Below are positions 41,338 through 56,703 of a stretch of DNA of 64,000 nt, one piece after another (the stretch's first letter is position 1; each line of letters begins with the position of its first letter). The notes below the pieces were generated by a model. The model was not told where the DNA came from, made no database searches, and was given only the letters and a program-made list of their open reading frames with translations. The DNA comes from Bugula neritina. Lineage: Eukaryota > Animalia > Bryozoa. Both the position numbers and the translations under genes were made by a program. Where the stretch lies: positions 20,634,767 to 20,698,766 of the forward strand of contig OZ037766.1 of assembly GCA_964035545.1 (NCBI GenBank). Direction: 5' to 3'.

Positions 41338-43704
41338 ATGGCGCATAAACATGATTTAGCAGACTTGGAACTGAATGCACCACCCAATAACACAGAACTA
41401 AATGAGCCATTACTCGACACTCCTGACCTAGAGCAAAATTCACGTGAGAGTAGAAATACTTCAATAAACAGTCAAGATGATCTGTCAGTCTCTTCTCACA
41501 GTCAAAATAAATCTGAGTTGCAAGTCTCAATGGATCAGATGCAGCAACAGGTGATTTGTGTTGGAGGAATTAAAATAGCCTACGAAGATTCGTCCTGCTC
41601 ATCCACCCTGACTGTACTCTACCCAACCTGTAGGATTTGTCAGATGTCCTTCAGTGATAAAGGAGGCAGGCTAATCACACCTTGTCGCTGTAAGGGCTCT
41701 CTCAAACATGTACACGGCACCTGTCTGAGGGTAAGAGAGCTTCTACCCTCTGATCTAGTTACTCAGCTGATTTTATGTTCAGTCTCTGTAGACACTGTAG
41801 TCATACACTTCCAATGTTTGTAACCACGTAATAATTCAGTAGTTGGAGAGGTTTTCTAGGAGTTTTTACTTTAAAAAGTATACATTAGAATTTAGAGGAA
41901 TAGGAACTAGCCTTTATTTATCATTAAGTAATATGTTGATAACATATTTATGGTATTTAACTATATGCACAATCTACATATATGCTAATATTGTACCATG
42001 CTCATACTTGAAACATTCTTGCTGTTACAATAGCTACAAGTTTTATCATATTATATAACCTTGACCTAAAAAATTACAAGTCACTGGTAAAATAATTTCT
42101 CTGAGAAGGATATGTCAAACCATAAAATCCTGATAGTGAAGGAGACGGCACAGCTAAAAGGGCTAACACTGCTTTACTTCATTATACATTTAGAAATGGG
42201 TTGAAATGAGGCAAAGGTACAAGAAGTATGAGTTCCCAGACAGGTGTGAGCTTTGTGGGTATCAGTATAGAAAGACCAAGTACATTAAGGTACACAGGCT
42301 TTTGCATCAATACTTCCTCTCTCCTTTCTTTATTCAGATGTTTTTTATTTATTCATGAATGCAACTGACTCTCTGAGCACAAATTTTACCGTAAAATATA
42401 TATTTAAATTGAGTAAAAATTGTGCCTATGTATTTGTTATATTAATTTATGGACAATAGATAAATTTATTTTTCGAGTAATTCTGGTCTTGTGATCTCAA
42501 TATTTAACTACAGTCCTTGCTTATGAGCTCACAGCTAGTTGAATTGAATCCACCACTATTGGAAAATGTCAATTGGAAAACGGACAACTCACCAATAGAC
42601 AATTAGAAATTGGACATTTGGAAAATGAAGAATATTAAACATGGGCTAGTCTGGAGGGGCGGTCAGAATCCGGCTAGGTCCAAAATAGCTTTCAGCAATA
42701 AATATACAGTCCGAATCAGTTAGGCCTATCATTAAAGTAAAATAAGTTACCGAATATTTTCAATTTTAAATTTTACATATTTACAAAAAGCTATTTTGGA
42801 CCCGACCAGATGCAGAACGCCCCCTCTACACTAGTCCAAGTTTAATATTCTTCATTTTCCAAATGTCATTTTCTAATTTTTTTTTCCAATTGTCTATTTT
42901 CCAGTTGTCTATTGGTGAATTGTCCATTTTCCAAATAAGTGTTTTTCAATTGACATTTTCGAGATGTCGTGTCACCAGTTGGATTGCATGGTGCAATATT
43001 TTAGGGCCGATTCCAGTTCCAGGAATCTCATTATCAGTTGTATTTTTACAACTCTAAGTAGATAGTAGTAATCATATCCTGGGCTAGTGAAATCCCACAC
43101 CTTGAAGGCTGTATGACTCATTTTAGACTGCGCTGTTTCCAAATAATGTTGTATTATTAGGTGCAGGCTGACATCTTTATGGCTCCAGTATTTCCCTTTT
43201 CCTCTATCAACTCTCTATACTTGTAGTGCAAGAAATTGCGGCTACCCAGAATGGATACCAGAGACAAAGTTTACCACTTGGTCTCTTTGGCCAGTCTATG
43301 TATCATGATAGCATGCTTAATTCTTTCCATCTACTGTATACTCTTTGATACCAATTCTGGAGCTAACAAAGAGAAGTATAAAGTGAATATTACCTTCAAT
43401 ATTAGTGTGCACTACCATCACTAACACTTTTGTTACCACTACTGCTACTACTACCACTACCACTACTACCACTACTACTACCACTACTACTACTACCACT
43501 ACTACCACTACTACCACTACTACTACTACTACCACCACCACCACTGCTACTACTGCTACCACTACTACCACTACTACTACTACTACTACTACCACTACTA
43601 ATACTACTACTACTGCTACCACTACTACCACTACTACTACTACTACTACTACCACTACTACCACTACTAATACTACTACTACCACTACTACCACTACTGC
43701 TACC

Positions 43705-43748
<44 letters not shown>

Positions 43749-43885
43749 CTCTACGACTACTACTACTACCACTACCACTACTACCACTACTACTACTACT
43801 ACTACCACTACTACTACTACCACTACTACCACTACTACTACTACTACTACTACCTCTACTACTACTACTACTACCACTACCACTA

Positions 43886-43916
<31 letters not shown>

Positions 43917-43935
43917 CACTACTACTACTACTACC

Positions 43936-43973
<38 letters not shown>

Positions 43974-46900
43974 CTCTACTACTACTACTACCACCACTAC
44001 CACTACTGCTACTACTACCACTACTACTACTACTATTACCACCACCACCACCACTACTACTACCACTACTACTACTACTATTACCACCACCACCACTACT
44101 ACTACTGCTACTACTACTGCCACTACTACCACTACTACTACCAATGCAATTGGAAAAATATTATTCCTGATGTTACAACAGCTACTAGATGCTGCATACT
44201 AACTTAGAAATGGCTGATTGATTCCTATGAACAGTTTCCAATCTAAGTATGTTTGCAGTGTAATTAGATCAATAATATAACTGATAATTAGGGATGCCAA
44301 CTTGGTATCTAAGTAGCTATGATAGCCAGTTTATATGTACATTCCCATACTGCAGGTATCAATCTTACTGTAACAGTCATTTAACTCCCTTGTGCTTCTA
44401 CCTAATAATACAGGTACCTCAGTCCAAACATAACATTCTGTTAGTGCATTAACTAGGAATGTGATGAAGCAAGATTATGCTGGCAGTAGATAGCCTATTA
44501 GGCTACAAGTATACATTTTGCTCGGCTGAGTTCATTATTTTGGGTTTGGCATTTGGATGTCTGAGATGTAATTGCTTTGTTTCGTAGACAAACAGCTTTA
44601 CCTGCTATAAAGTTTTGCCAAACCTACCTTAAAAAGGCTGTTGAAAAAATTAATTTGAATATTAAACACTATCACACTAGAGTTATGAAACTCTAGCAAC
44701 TATTTTGCTCTTTAGAATTTAGAGTTTTTCACAATTTACTTCAAGTAAAACTCAAAAGGGAAGCACAGAAAACAAGTATTCTTAGTCTGTTATTCACATA
44801 TTCTGATTAGTTTTATTTCTCCATTATTGTGTTTGACTTCAGCACCAATTCCCACCAGTATTAATTCATGTCGTCAAAGTCAAGTAGTTTCCTGGCAGTT
44901 ATCTCAAACCCCAATAGGCATGACTTGTTACCATGGCCACTCAATCCCATCATCACAACTATTTGATAATCCAAGATTTCAGGGTGTTATCATCTCACCA
45001 TCTACACGCAGCTTTGGTCACAGTTAATTTTGGCCTTCACTGGTTGCCAAACAGTGTAAATTTTCCACTTTTTACATGTTATCACAAGCATTTATAATTT
45101 ATTGTTTTATTTTGTTGAGTTTTTGGCACATCTTATTGACCGCTCATGCCAAGAGTTGAAAATTTCACCAATTATTGTACAGTGAAGACCAGCCAGTATA
45201 AGAGCAATTGGTCTAGCTGCATCCTGTTAGAGTCTCAAGATGGCTAACCCAGCGATTAACTTAATACTGTATGCAAGATTGATTACAATGCTAATTCATC
45301 AGTTTAGCTTCATCAATCATTTATTGGGATTTCATCAATAAGGCTGCCACATTTTGCTGCCGAGTCTCCTTTATAAGGTGTCTCTTATCTAGTTTTAGGT
45401 ACAGTTTACTCATCTTGAACTGTATCAATCATCACTCTGCACTAGAACTGCAGTTGTGTGTTGGGCTGGAGATGAAACTGTGAGCATAATAGGATGATCC
45501 GTTAGTGTTCTGCAAGCCATGGAATTAGCTAGACTTTGCTAAAAATTAATGACCCCTTTTCTGCATTAATGTAATTTAAACTTACTAAATAAACATTGCC
45601 ATCTCCACTTCTGCAAGTCACCTGAACCATTTACAAACAATATCTTATGCATTGTGGGTAGATATGAATCATTGGATTAACTTCCAAGTTTTTAGTCTAC
45701 AATTTAGGAGAGGTAGGTGCTGTAATTGAGAAAAGCCTGTGTTTTAGAATAAAAATGTAGCAAAATAAGAATTTCAACCGACACCCCAAACCAAAATTTA
45801 ATCATGAAGTTAAAGAACTTAGGCTATCTCAATTTCTCCACTACTGCTCCTTAGTGGTTTATGAGACTTGGATACCAAGTCTCCAAGCTAAATAATCCTT
45901 CCCATACAAATCCTCCTATTATTTTGAGCTCTTACACTGCCTCTATTGCTAAAAATTCTAAACTATTCCATGAATCATGTACACTCAGCCAAGGTAAGTA
46001 AGGCAAACTCCGCTCCAAGTTGATGGCTGTTTTCTCGTACAAGGCAGAGTAGAATACAAGTCGGTGATGAGGTTGTGTAGGCTAGGCATAGATCTATGTA
46101 GACCTGTAACAGACCTCCGCATTACTATCTGAGCTGTATAGTAACTTCCTACCAAACCAGTGTACTTCTATCATACACTTATGGTTATGCAACTCTTAAG
46201 GTGTCACAGAAACAAGGTCATACTCTTGAACAAGGCTGATATGTTCTCCTTCTGATCTCATTAAATCAGTCTCGCTACTTTTTGTCCTTCCTAGGAAGAA
46301 TATCATTTGCATAATTTTAGAGACAGCTTTATTTTTGAATTCACAAGATTTACAAGATAAAAACAATTCCGTGAAAGTTTGTGCTCCAAGAAATATCAAT
46401 TTGATTTCAACATTGCTTCAAACCAGTTTGGTGCAGTTGATACAAAAACCTTGTTTGCTTACTTTTCTGGTGTAATTCTAACTTATTAGAATGGGAGTGT
46501 GTTCATAACATTAAAGTCAACAATCCAGTGTTGGCAAGTTTATTATTTTAACAATATTTTTACACATTTAGCATCCGGATGGGGAGCAGTTTCAGTTTAC
46601 TGTCGGAGAGATGGTGACGTTGTGTAGTGGAGTCATCTTCTTTATGTCCTTCATTCTCGCCATGACTGTGGAGATAAAGTCCAGACACACCATATTTGAG
46701 GTCATTAAAAGGATGTTGAGGTAAACTCATGTAAATCTTTACCTTTCACTTTGACTACTCCTAGTATATACTAAGTACTATATCACTTTGACTACTCCTA
46801 GTATATACTAAGTACTATATCACCTTGACTACTCCTAGTATATACTAAGTACTATATCACCTTGACTACTCCTAGTATATACTAAGTACTATATCACCTT

Positions 46901-48785
46901 GACTACTCCTAGTATATACTAAGTACTATATCACCTTGATTAGTCATAGTATGTACTAATTACTGTATCACTTTGACTAAGTCATAGTATGTACTAATTA
47001 CTGTATCACTTTGACTAAGTCATAGGTAAGTACTGGGTACTATATGCACTCTACAGTATATCTTCCATTAGCCGTGGTATACTTACTTATTGTTTCTTTA
47101 TCATCCCATTGTTTTATATTTATATCATCAGGAGATGAAATTAAGCTAAATTATTCCCATAATAGTACACAACAGGTGATATTATATCACAATTCAACTT
47201 CACTATAAAGCTCTACTTTCACTCTAATATACAATAATTATCTTCATTGACTAGAAGGCTTATCAAGTAATTCTGATTTAATATAATCACTGGAGTTCAT
47301 ATCAAATGTATCAGCTGAAGCTGCTGTAGGCTCAGGTAAAACAGATGTAGTAGAATCTTCTGCCACCTACTTAACTTTAGCAAAGAATAATAGTCAATTT
47401 TAGAACTGATTTATTGCTGACTTAGCATTTTATTATGTAACTTGACAATTTTGCAACATCCTTTATTCTAAGTTTTGTAAATTGAGCACAAACTCTATCA
47501 CTATGATATCCATTACTACTTACTATTCATATCATGCTACAATACACTAAAATATCTTTTAATTAACTTACAAATGCATTGCAGGAAATGTCATTTTTAG
47601 TATTTCTGCTTGCTGCATGTAAATAAAAAGCAGTTGGTTTATAATGCACTGATCAGTTGGGAATATTATTACATTGCATATCTGTTTGACTAGTTTTGCA
47701 GTGCATTACCTGTGCAAATATTATTTTGTTATTTTATTTTACCAACCAGAAGTTGCATGCTATCTAATTTCATGAGCTGACTTTTATTACACGATAGTTT
47801 GAGTATAAAATTGTAACATTTAAAATATGCTCTTATGTAAAATAATGTAATATGTGAAATGTAAACATTAAAGTAATATTATAGCAGCTGCACTGGGCTT
47901 AAATGTATGTTTATGGGAGTAATTTTGCATATACGAAAGTTAATGCTGCAAGAACCACAAAAATAATTTGGCAGATTACCAATATGGTCAAGGGGTGTCA
48001 GGCTGCAGTGGTAATTTATTTTCATAAAACGTGATAAATGTTCATCATTAGAATGTGAGATGGCCAAGGAGCTCCCTGTGGTCCCTGCACTGTCTGTTAT
48101 GACAGCTAGGCCTGCTCTAGCTTGACAAAAACGCCACTTTTGAAAATTCCTATAGAAAAATTTATTTAACTCAGTGGAAACAGTTCAGGTTAAATTTGTT
48201 TAACAAAGTAATCATCAAATGGTTGGTTTTATTTTACCCTCATCAAGTAGACTAATTCTCTCCAGTTCTCCCAGTATTCTATTTAGTCCTTGCTGGGGTT
48301 TTGCATAGCCATCAAGTAGATTTAGGAATTGTTTTAATTGTTATCAAGTAATGTCACTACAACTCTATTCAATAAGAAGGCCTGTCTGAATGCTGTCAGT
48401 GCAAGATAGACCAAAGTCTAAAGGCCTGCTTCCTGGTAGTTTTTGAAAATTTTACAAACATTTCCATTAATATACTATTGTGGTTTATTGGAATTGCAAA
48501 AGAATTGGTCACATTCACTTAAAATTCCAATCTAGTACTTGATATTCTCAATAAATTTTTGTGATCTCTTTATATGCACAGCCTGTTGAATATGTGTGTT
48601 ACTGAGGCTTTCATTGGGGGAGGGGGGAGTTGAACCTCTCGGTGTGTATGCAAGCACTCAGACTGCTAGCATACTATATTCATACCACTGCTGATTGTAG
48701 GTACAACACAGTGTGGGTTATAGAAAACTATGACAAGGCAGCTGACAAAGAGTATTGTGCAAGTGACAGCAACTCCTCAAAATAG
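41338..48785 (+). CDS. MARCH-family RING-CH E3 ubiquitin ligase with two TM helices, 292 aa
   Basis: Exons 41338-41730, 42194-42289, 43227-43382, 46572-46720 and 48701-48785, all in phase. C4HC3 RING-CH: CRIC...LITPCRCKGSLKHVHGTCLRKW...CELC. Two hydrophobic segments follow, then WVIENYDK, which resembles the post-TM motif of MARCH proteins. The exact paralog cannot be assigned. Confidence 0.9.
42560..42960. mobile_element. Foldback/MITE-like element with long imperfect terminal inverted repeats (MARCH intron 2)
   Basis: Paired segments: gaaaatgtcaattg / caattgacattttc, catttggaaaatgaagaatattaaac / gtttaatattcttcattttccaaatg, and ggtccaaaatagcttt / aaagctattttggacc. Confidence 0.75.
43433..44142. 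repeat. (TAC/CAC)n trinucleotide microsatellite, ~710 bp, intronic
   Basis: Directly visible. It begins ~50 nt after the MARCH exon-3 donor. Confidence 0.97.
46746..47040. repeat. 37-bp minisatellite, ~8 copies (tcac[t/c]ttgactactcctagtatatactaagtactata)
   Basis: Five near-identical units followed by ~3 diverged ones, just after the MARCH exon-4 donor. Confidence 0.95.
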
Positions 48786-50302
48786 GCTGAGTTTTCAGAT
48801 AGTCATGTGCAACACAAGCCAAACTCTCAAACTTGGTGACGTTTGCATAGTATTAATGTATAATCTAGTGCTATAAATTTATATTTGGTTTCAATGGTTC
48901 TTGATATTACTGTATATGTATATTATTGTATGAACTACCTAGAGTCATAATATTTTCTTCAAGTGTGAATATTGCTAGTCATTCCTAAATAATGTCAATT
49001 ATTTTATTAGCAGATGTTTTGTAAAATTGTTTATCTTGGGTTTTTGTGTAAATATGTTCATTCACTTTGGAGTTTTATGCAAAGTTTGGTAAAATTGGTT
49101 TGCTGCTGTTTGCTACAATTGTTATATAGGTAATGGCTGCTGTTGCTATAGTAATTTTTCTTCAATTTGCCTGTAAATGTTGTAGCCAGAAGGTTTTGCT
49201 TAAAAAATTATGTTTACAGGATGGTGTTAGGTATCATAATATACAGGGGTGGGTTTTTTCACGGAATTAGCAGTTGAAGTTGATTATTTAGCAATGTGAA
49301 TGTGTAAGTTCACTGACAATATAGGCCTAAGCTAACTATTTTAGTCATGTGTAGTCAACTAGTGTCTCCACCATCAACCATTGTGTTTATAATATCCCCA
49401 GGTCTGTATTCTTAAATAAATAGTTGAATATTATAACTTAAGTTGAGTCAACAGCTCCATCAATTATATTATAGGGGGTAGAATTCAGCTGTGTATTCTT
49501 TCAGTGCTAGAGCAAATTTTATGTACATTCTCGGGCATCTACTAGTGTTTTGAGTATCCAGTTATTTGCATTAATCCCAGCTGTTGAACCTATTATGCTA
49601 GACTATGTACCTTTTTATCTACTATTTACTACCATACCTCTGGAGATTATACTCTATGATCTAACCAACTGTCATACTGTTAATTAATTGTTCACTATTC
49701 GAGTGATTTAATCACATAAATTTATGTAAATTTCTATACTATTGTATATGTTTACATAATAAAATATCTTAATTGCTTAGGAATTAGACTTTTTCTTCTA
49801 GTCTTAAAAGCAACTTCAGTTGGTAATTATATAAATTAGGACTCAATTTTGTCCTGCCATTCTGCTTGGCACTTATCAGTGAAATCGGTGAATAAGTAAT
49901 TTCCATTCACTTTTCTCTACAATAAGATGTTTTCGTAACACAAAATGTCCCCTGGCAGCTGTGGATACATAAAAAGTAAGTTAAAACACATATGCACACA
50001 CACAATAAACGTAGTGCAGACAATTACTGGTCTTAAAATAGGCTAAACTATTATGCTGGTTGCATTGGTGTTACGTCTACTAAGCAAATTTGAAAATATG
50101 GTAATGAGAAAATTTTTCTTTGCTTTTGGCAACCCTAAATGTGTGGGTAATATGCAAATTTATATAAAGTGGCACACAATAAATTTATAATTTAGACTTT
50201 TTCAAGAACTAAAACTTTGCCTGCTTGCAAAAAGTAGTGATTCAGCCATTGATGCTAATTTAATTTCTAATCAATACTCTAGCATCAAAAAAAAAGCTCC
50301 AG

Positions 50303-50507
50303 CAAGTTTAGAGTCGCTATCTCTGTGAGAAACCCCTGATGGAAAGGGTTTTTGTTAAAGCGGGCTAAGGACTTATTTAAATGAGGCACAGGAGCAATAA
50401 TGACTGGATGCTCTTCCTAACATCACCAATGGCCTTTGTCAGGGTTTGAACCCATGACCTCGTGTCCACAAAGCAAATGCTCTAACCTCTAGACCACAGC
50501 TGCTCCC
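50303..50507 (-). mobile_element. tRNA-derived SINE (copy 1)
   Basis: On the minus strand: A-box-like tggtctagaggttagagc and B-box ggttcaaacc. The body is colinear with 60568-60778. Confidence 0.8.
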
Positions 50508-51429
50508 TAATACTATAGCATTAGAAACTACAATAAAAATTAACAGAAAAAAGCAATAAAAATGATGTTTTTAGTAAGAGACCTTGCTTTTACAATGAAA
50601 AGTTCAGTGAATTGGTAAAAAGTTATTACATCAAATATTATATTTTATTAAATTTAAATATAGGTTTCAGACATAGGTTAAGAAAATAAAATCCTACTTA
50701 AAAAGCTGACCAAATAATCAGCATTTTTATATTTCATTTGTTTTTTATAGTTAGGTCGTTCACAATGTTGCTATTTAGCAGTTGCTCCAAAATGAAATAA
50801 ACTTTAAATTTCAAATTAAAGGAACATGAATTCATTTATAAAAGACTGTATTTATTGCAAAGCAGTATAAACTAAATGGTTAAAGAGATTTAATTCAATC
50901 AGACTTGATTAATAAAATTACTTATAAATTGATAATAATATAATTTACAAAACTAATTGATAATAATAATGAGACACAGGTAGGACAGGACAGGTAGTTT
51001 GACACATGGTGGGATAAGAGCTTGTCCACACTTGCATATTTTTGTGTTAAATTCTGTATGTTTTTAGTAAATTAAGCAATGTTTAGCTAAACATAATTTT
51101 TTAAACTTGTAGCATGTATATAATGTGACCAGCTGAACGATGTTTGAGAGAAAGGAGATCTTCTTTATACAACTCCATGTTAATTCAAAAGACGTATTAT
51201 GTTCAATAAAATATTGCTCTTGATCCTATGGGATTCACAAGTTCTTGCACGCACAGAAGTATTCAAGATGAAAATCTTTCCCAGCTGACTGTATCAGCCA
51301 TTAGATCCTGTGAGTGATCCAAAGTAGTTTTTAACTAGTGAGGAGTTGCCTACTACCTGAAAGTAAAGTAACGATAACTCTGATATATTATTAATTTTTT
51401 ATCCCAATTTTGTCCCTATTGTTTTATCA

Positions 51430-51773
51430 CAGGGGTGTCCAGCCTTTTCAGGCTGAGAACCATTGAAAAAGAATATTTTGGTGGTGAGGGCCGCATTACA
51501 AAATTCAGTATGAGCTATGGGCCACAGCATCAGTATTTTTTACGTAAGTTTATTCCAAATTCCTATGAATGATTACACAATGAAGTCCAAATAATTACTG
51601 CAGGTTGCCTTTGTTGTAGCATGTATATAAATAAAGCATTAAAATAGTGGTTTTTAGCTTCAATTCATGGGTTCACATATACAAAATTCTTTTATTTTAT
51701 ATGTCTTTTAAGGCCACATAAATGAAGGATAAGGGCAGCATTCAACCCTGGGGCCACCTGTTGGGGAGCCCTG
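51430..51773. mobile_element. Short hAT-like MITE
   Basis: Termini caggggtgtcc... / ...ggggagccctg. The flanks ttttatca / ttttatag match at 6/8. Confidence 0.55.
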
Positions 51774-54700
51774 TTTTATAGCCCATTATTATGTTTAAAT
51801 ATAGAAATTTTACTTCAAATTTTAATTAGGTTAGCCTATTTTGTAGTACCTGAACATTTTGAGCTTAAGCTTCAAACAACAAATTGCAACCAACTTGGCT
51901 ATTCGAATCTTTTCAATTGGGAGTTTTAATTTTGAAACGCAGGCAGAATAAGACTTGTTCAAGCAAATAAACTCTACAGCTTTATACTTAACACACAGTG
52001 CACTGTGCATCACAAGTCACAACTTTAAAAAAAGATTAAAAATCAAGCATGTATTTCATTACCAATGCAAGTAAAATCTTTATTTCAATTAAGAATAATC
52101 CTCCCCTGCAGACATCTGTGGAAACAAGTTATAAAAATAATAAAAGAAGACAACTCCGTAAAAATGCTAAATGTAAGCAGACTCCTTGCAACAAAATAGT
52201 TTGCTACTGTGTTTGAGTATATTTTAGGTGAAGTACTTGTATAACTGTATACATTGCTTTAGAGTTTAGAATAAAGGGTGCTAAGTTGAAGTCTAGTGTA
52301 TTGGTGAGCTTCCCATGCTTGATATGTTATGTTCAAATGATCAAATAAATATATAGGAATCAAATTTATATGTAATTACATGAGAAATATGAAATGGAGA
52401 TCAGTCAACTTGAGGGAGAGAGACAAAGAGAGGGAGAGGGAGAGGGAGAGGGAAAGAGAGAGAAAGAGAGATATGAGACTAATATGCTATTTCTAGTAAC
52501 TAGTAATATAAATACAATAAATTTCACAAGTTTCCTAACGACAATAAAACATGTAAAGAGGCACTTCTAATCAAACTTCTTTTAGTGGGTGCTACATTTA
52601 CCAAAATAAGGCTAAATGGTTTATTCTGATATGGGAATTGAAAGTGTTGTATGTTTAAAATTGCACTAATTATAATGCTAAATGACATTGAAACAGTTGT
52701 ACACATAATATTCCAAAAGGTTTTGGAAATTATATCAAATCTCTAGTTAGATTTATCAAATATTCAAGTAAAAGTGCAAGTGTCAATTGATACTCTATTA
52801 AAGCTTTTAGTTGAGAGTTAAACGTAGTCAATTATAGTATTTCAAATATATATATAAATTAGCATTATTTTCATAGCTAAAAGCAAACTGTAGCTATGTC
52901 ACAAGAATTTTTGCATTGTTGCTGAGTTTGAAAAATAGTGACCAACTGTTTTTAGACTAGTACAAATATTTGCATGTATACAGATCATTTCACTATTTCT
53001 TTGTTGTCTAACACTACTATCTAAACACCATCTTAGGATTAGCCATGTTTTAGCTTATTGACATTTCATTATTCCAGTTAGTTGTGTGCGTCATGTCATT
53101 CGTATTATCTGCATAAAGTTAATACATTATTCATGTTTTTCTGAGTGCATAAAATATGTAGAAGGTATATAGCCATATAACAAACTCTACCAAAGGAATT
53201 GCAATAAAATGGATCAATATATTTTATACCCTTGAACAACAACTCTGTTTAATCGGCTAGAATGTCATAAAAACATTTTCATTTTTGCGTCATGTAAGAC
53301 GCAAGTTTAGTATCTTATTGCGTCTGCAAACACAACATAAGTCTATCCAGCAAACAGAGCACATAATAATATTATGGTACACTAATGCTTGTAAAAATCA
53401 AGGAAGAGGACAACTTAAACAACTTTATATATAATATGTGCACAGGCTAACCTGCCTGCCAATAGATGTTTGTTAGCTTTATTAAGCTGCAGTTACACCT
53501 CAAGAGTTTTGGAGCCTGGAGTATGTCTAGCAAATTACCTCTTGTCTCCTGTTCATATCAAACCACAGCAACAGAGAGACATAGTGTGTAGCAGAGATAT
53601 CTTGATCTATCTCTGTGTGTAGAACTTTTACAAATATCTAATAGATTCAAAATATCGTTAGCTTTGATCTCAAAATACCATATAATACTATTAGTCATTT
53701 TCATTTTATTAATCAAAATTACTGCTGAACTATGTTTAATCCTATTTAAAGCTTTAAAATACATTTTACGGTATTGAACTTATTAAAAATAATTAAATTA
53801 TCTATATTAATGATATAAAGTATATTATAAGGTAATCAAATCTGCCTGGCATAGGTTAACTTTTGCAAATTTATGAAAAGTGTAAACAAACCTTCACAAA
53901 GAGCAATAAGTAATTGTTATTATATATTATAATATATGCACACCAAAGAAAGAGTTTTTAAACAAGACATGCAGTTTATTACAGTGAGGGCCCTATTTTG
54001 AATATTAAAATATTTTAAAACTAGGCATTTTATCAAATTTTAAAAATAATATAATTTTAAATGTTTTTTTTCAGCTGCAATTATGTATTTTTTCAATAGC
54101 AAGTTATGTATAATTTGCTAAGATATATAAATTTAATTATTATCCAGCCTGTTAAAAACCCAGTAATTTGCCATCTTTTATAAAACTACTTGAAACATCA
54201 ACAGTAGACAGAGAAGTTATAATTCTAGCCACTTATTAACTATTGCCACTTAATAACTGGTCCGTTTACACTTTGTTGAGCAAACTAATACCATTTCCTG
54301 ATTTATGAGTCACCTGTATGTTGATAGCTGACTCCTTTATTAAAAAATCTATACTTTATACAAATTGTTATAGAATAGTAAACCACGAAATGCAAACAGC
54401 TAGTATCACAATATTCATAATTGTTAACTTTATTTGCAAAGTATGCAAGTATATTGTGCCGATAGGATCAATCAAATATATAGTCATATTCTTACGTGCT
54501 TAGACTAGAATCTTGAAAATCAAAGAATACACAGTTTTTATTTTTTAATGTTACAAATACTCTTTACTTAGAATAAAATATTTTCTGGGCAAGTTTTGAA
54601 TTTTGTATTAACTCTATTACCACCATTCGTAAGCAGCTGTAATTATCTAGTATTCCCAAGCAGTTTTTATGAACTACATTTATATATTTCCTCATAATTA

Positions 54701-56433
54701 TCATTGCACCAAGAAAATATATTTAAAAAGTAGACAACTCTCAGCAAACTACTTTAAATTTGTATTTACTTACTTCTTTGATACCAATACAGTTTTTGCT
54801 ATTGAAACAACCCATTAATTGTATAATTTGAGATGTCATTCTAAAAAACCAACCTGTGGCTAGATACCGTAATATCTTCAATTTCCTACCTGTGATCTAT
54901 ATAGATTAAAACAGTGGGCTTAAAATTTTAGAATTGAGCATATTATAGCACATGCTATTCCCAGTATATCATAGGCTTATTATATAGCCCATTAGGATGA
55001 TGCGCGCATGATGTCATTATTTACAAATGATTCAAAGTTCTCCCCCTACGCCCAGTCACTCTTTCAGGCTTATTTAAGGCATAAAATGTTTGCATTTACT
55101 CATCAAAGTAGCCTTGAAGTACATCTGCAATGCTTGTTTACAAAACATGTTGATAGCCACTAAAACAGTATAGGCCTATTACTCATATAAAATATATAAC
55201 ATGGTAGTAAAATCCCAACAATAAATCATGATTAATGTTTAATGATTAATGTGCATGTGCTTCATCACATTATTATCAGGAAGCTCTCAAAGTCCTCTAA
55301 ACAAGCATTTATGACATGTAAAAACCAATACACTGATTCTAATATTCAGCAATATTAGTCATAATGTTAGGAAATATAGTTCTCTGCAGTTATATAAGTA
55401 AAGGTTGAATTTGAATAACTTTAAGGCAGAAATAGTCATTCAAAACCTAAAATTGCCAAACAAAACTATTTTCGTGTTTCCAGTTAGGAGTTTCACAACT
55501 AGTGATGCAATATTGTGATAAAACAGATGACAAGTATTTCAACAACTAAACATGTAATATTTTATTCAAGTGAATATATATCATTTAAAAATACACGCAT
55601 AAGTAGGTAGCTGCTGGTAGTCCAGATAATTCGTAAAGACTAATGAATACGTCAGCAGTTATAAGTGGGACTAATTATGAATATTTAGATTTGGGGTATA
55701 GGGGTAGATCAAGCCTGCATGCATTAACTGACGCAGTATCTTAATCAATTTAAAACCTATATATAACTTGTTGTTTAAGTATTAGACATCTCTGAAGTGT
55801 CTGATGCAGCAAGAGATTCAGATTGACATTTTGAAATTTACGTTTGTGTCGGTTTATAATAAGTTTTATTTACACCCCGCCCTAGCATCTGCTATCTATT
55901 AGCTAACAAAAGCCGATATAGTAATCAGTCTGCTTGACTCACTATCTGCTTTTTGTATTCAACCCTGGGAAGTGAGAAGGCAGACTCTCTCATTGCTAGT
56001 TAATCAAATATATAGAATTAACATGTAATATATGAGAAATGGTGTAATTATGATGATAATGGCAAAATTATATGCTACTAGTTGAACTTGCAATATTGAA
56101 AACAACCAGAAACAAGTTTCCAATAATAAAAGTTGCACTTATTGTCATGCACTCATACTACCTGGTAATGAAAAACAGGAAGTTTAAGTAAAAAATAAGA
56201 TTTTTATGCCAACTAAGAGAAAGGGAGAGAGAGGGGGGAGAGAGAGAGGGTCGGTGCATGTTTTATAATCTGCATATAGTTTCAAAAATTAAAGCGCTAT
56301 TTTTTATATTTGATGAATTTCATCTGCATTTTGGGTCTCATGGATTGATCATAAGAACTTATTCATTATATCAATAAATTAAATGTATGTGATAAAAGTT
56401 GCCTTTATGTAGTTGATAAATCAACAACTGTCA

Positions 56434-56703
<270 letters not shown>

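Noticed and set aside
43317-44202. Poly-Thr (mucin-like), poly-Val and poly-Leu/Pro ORFs
   Set aside because: These are translations of an intronic (TAC/CAC)n microsatellite. MARCH splices around it in frame.
46746-47040. 37-bp palindromic repeat resembling a CRISPR direct repeat in length
   Set aside because: The units are contiguous without spacers, and there are no cas genes.
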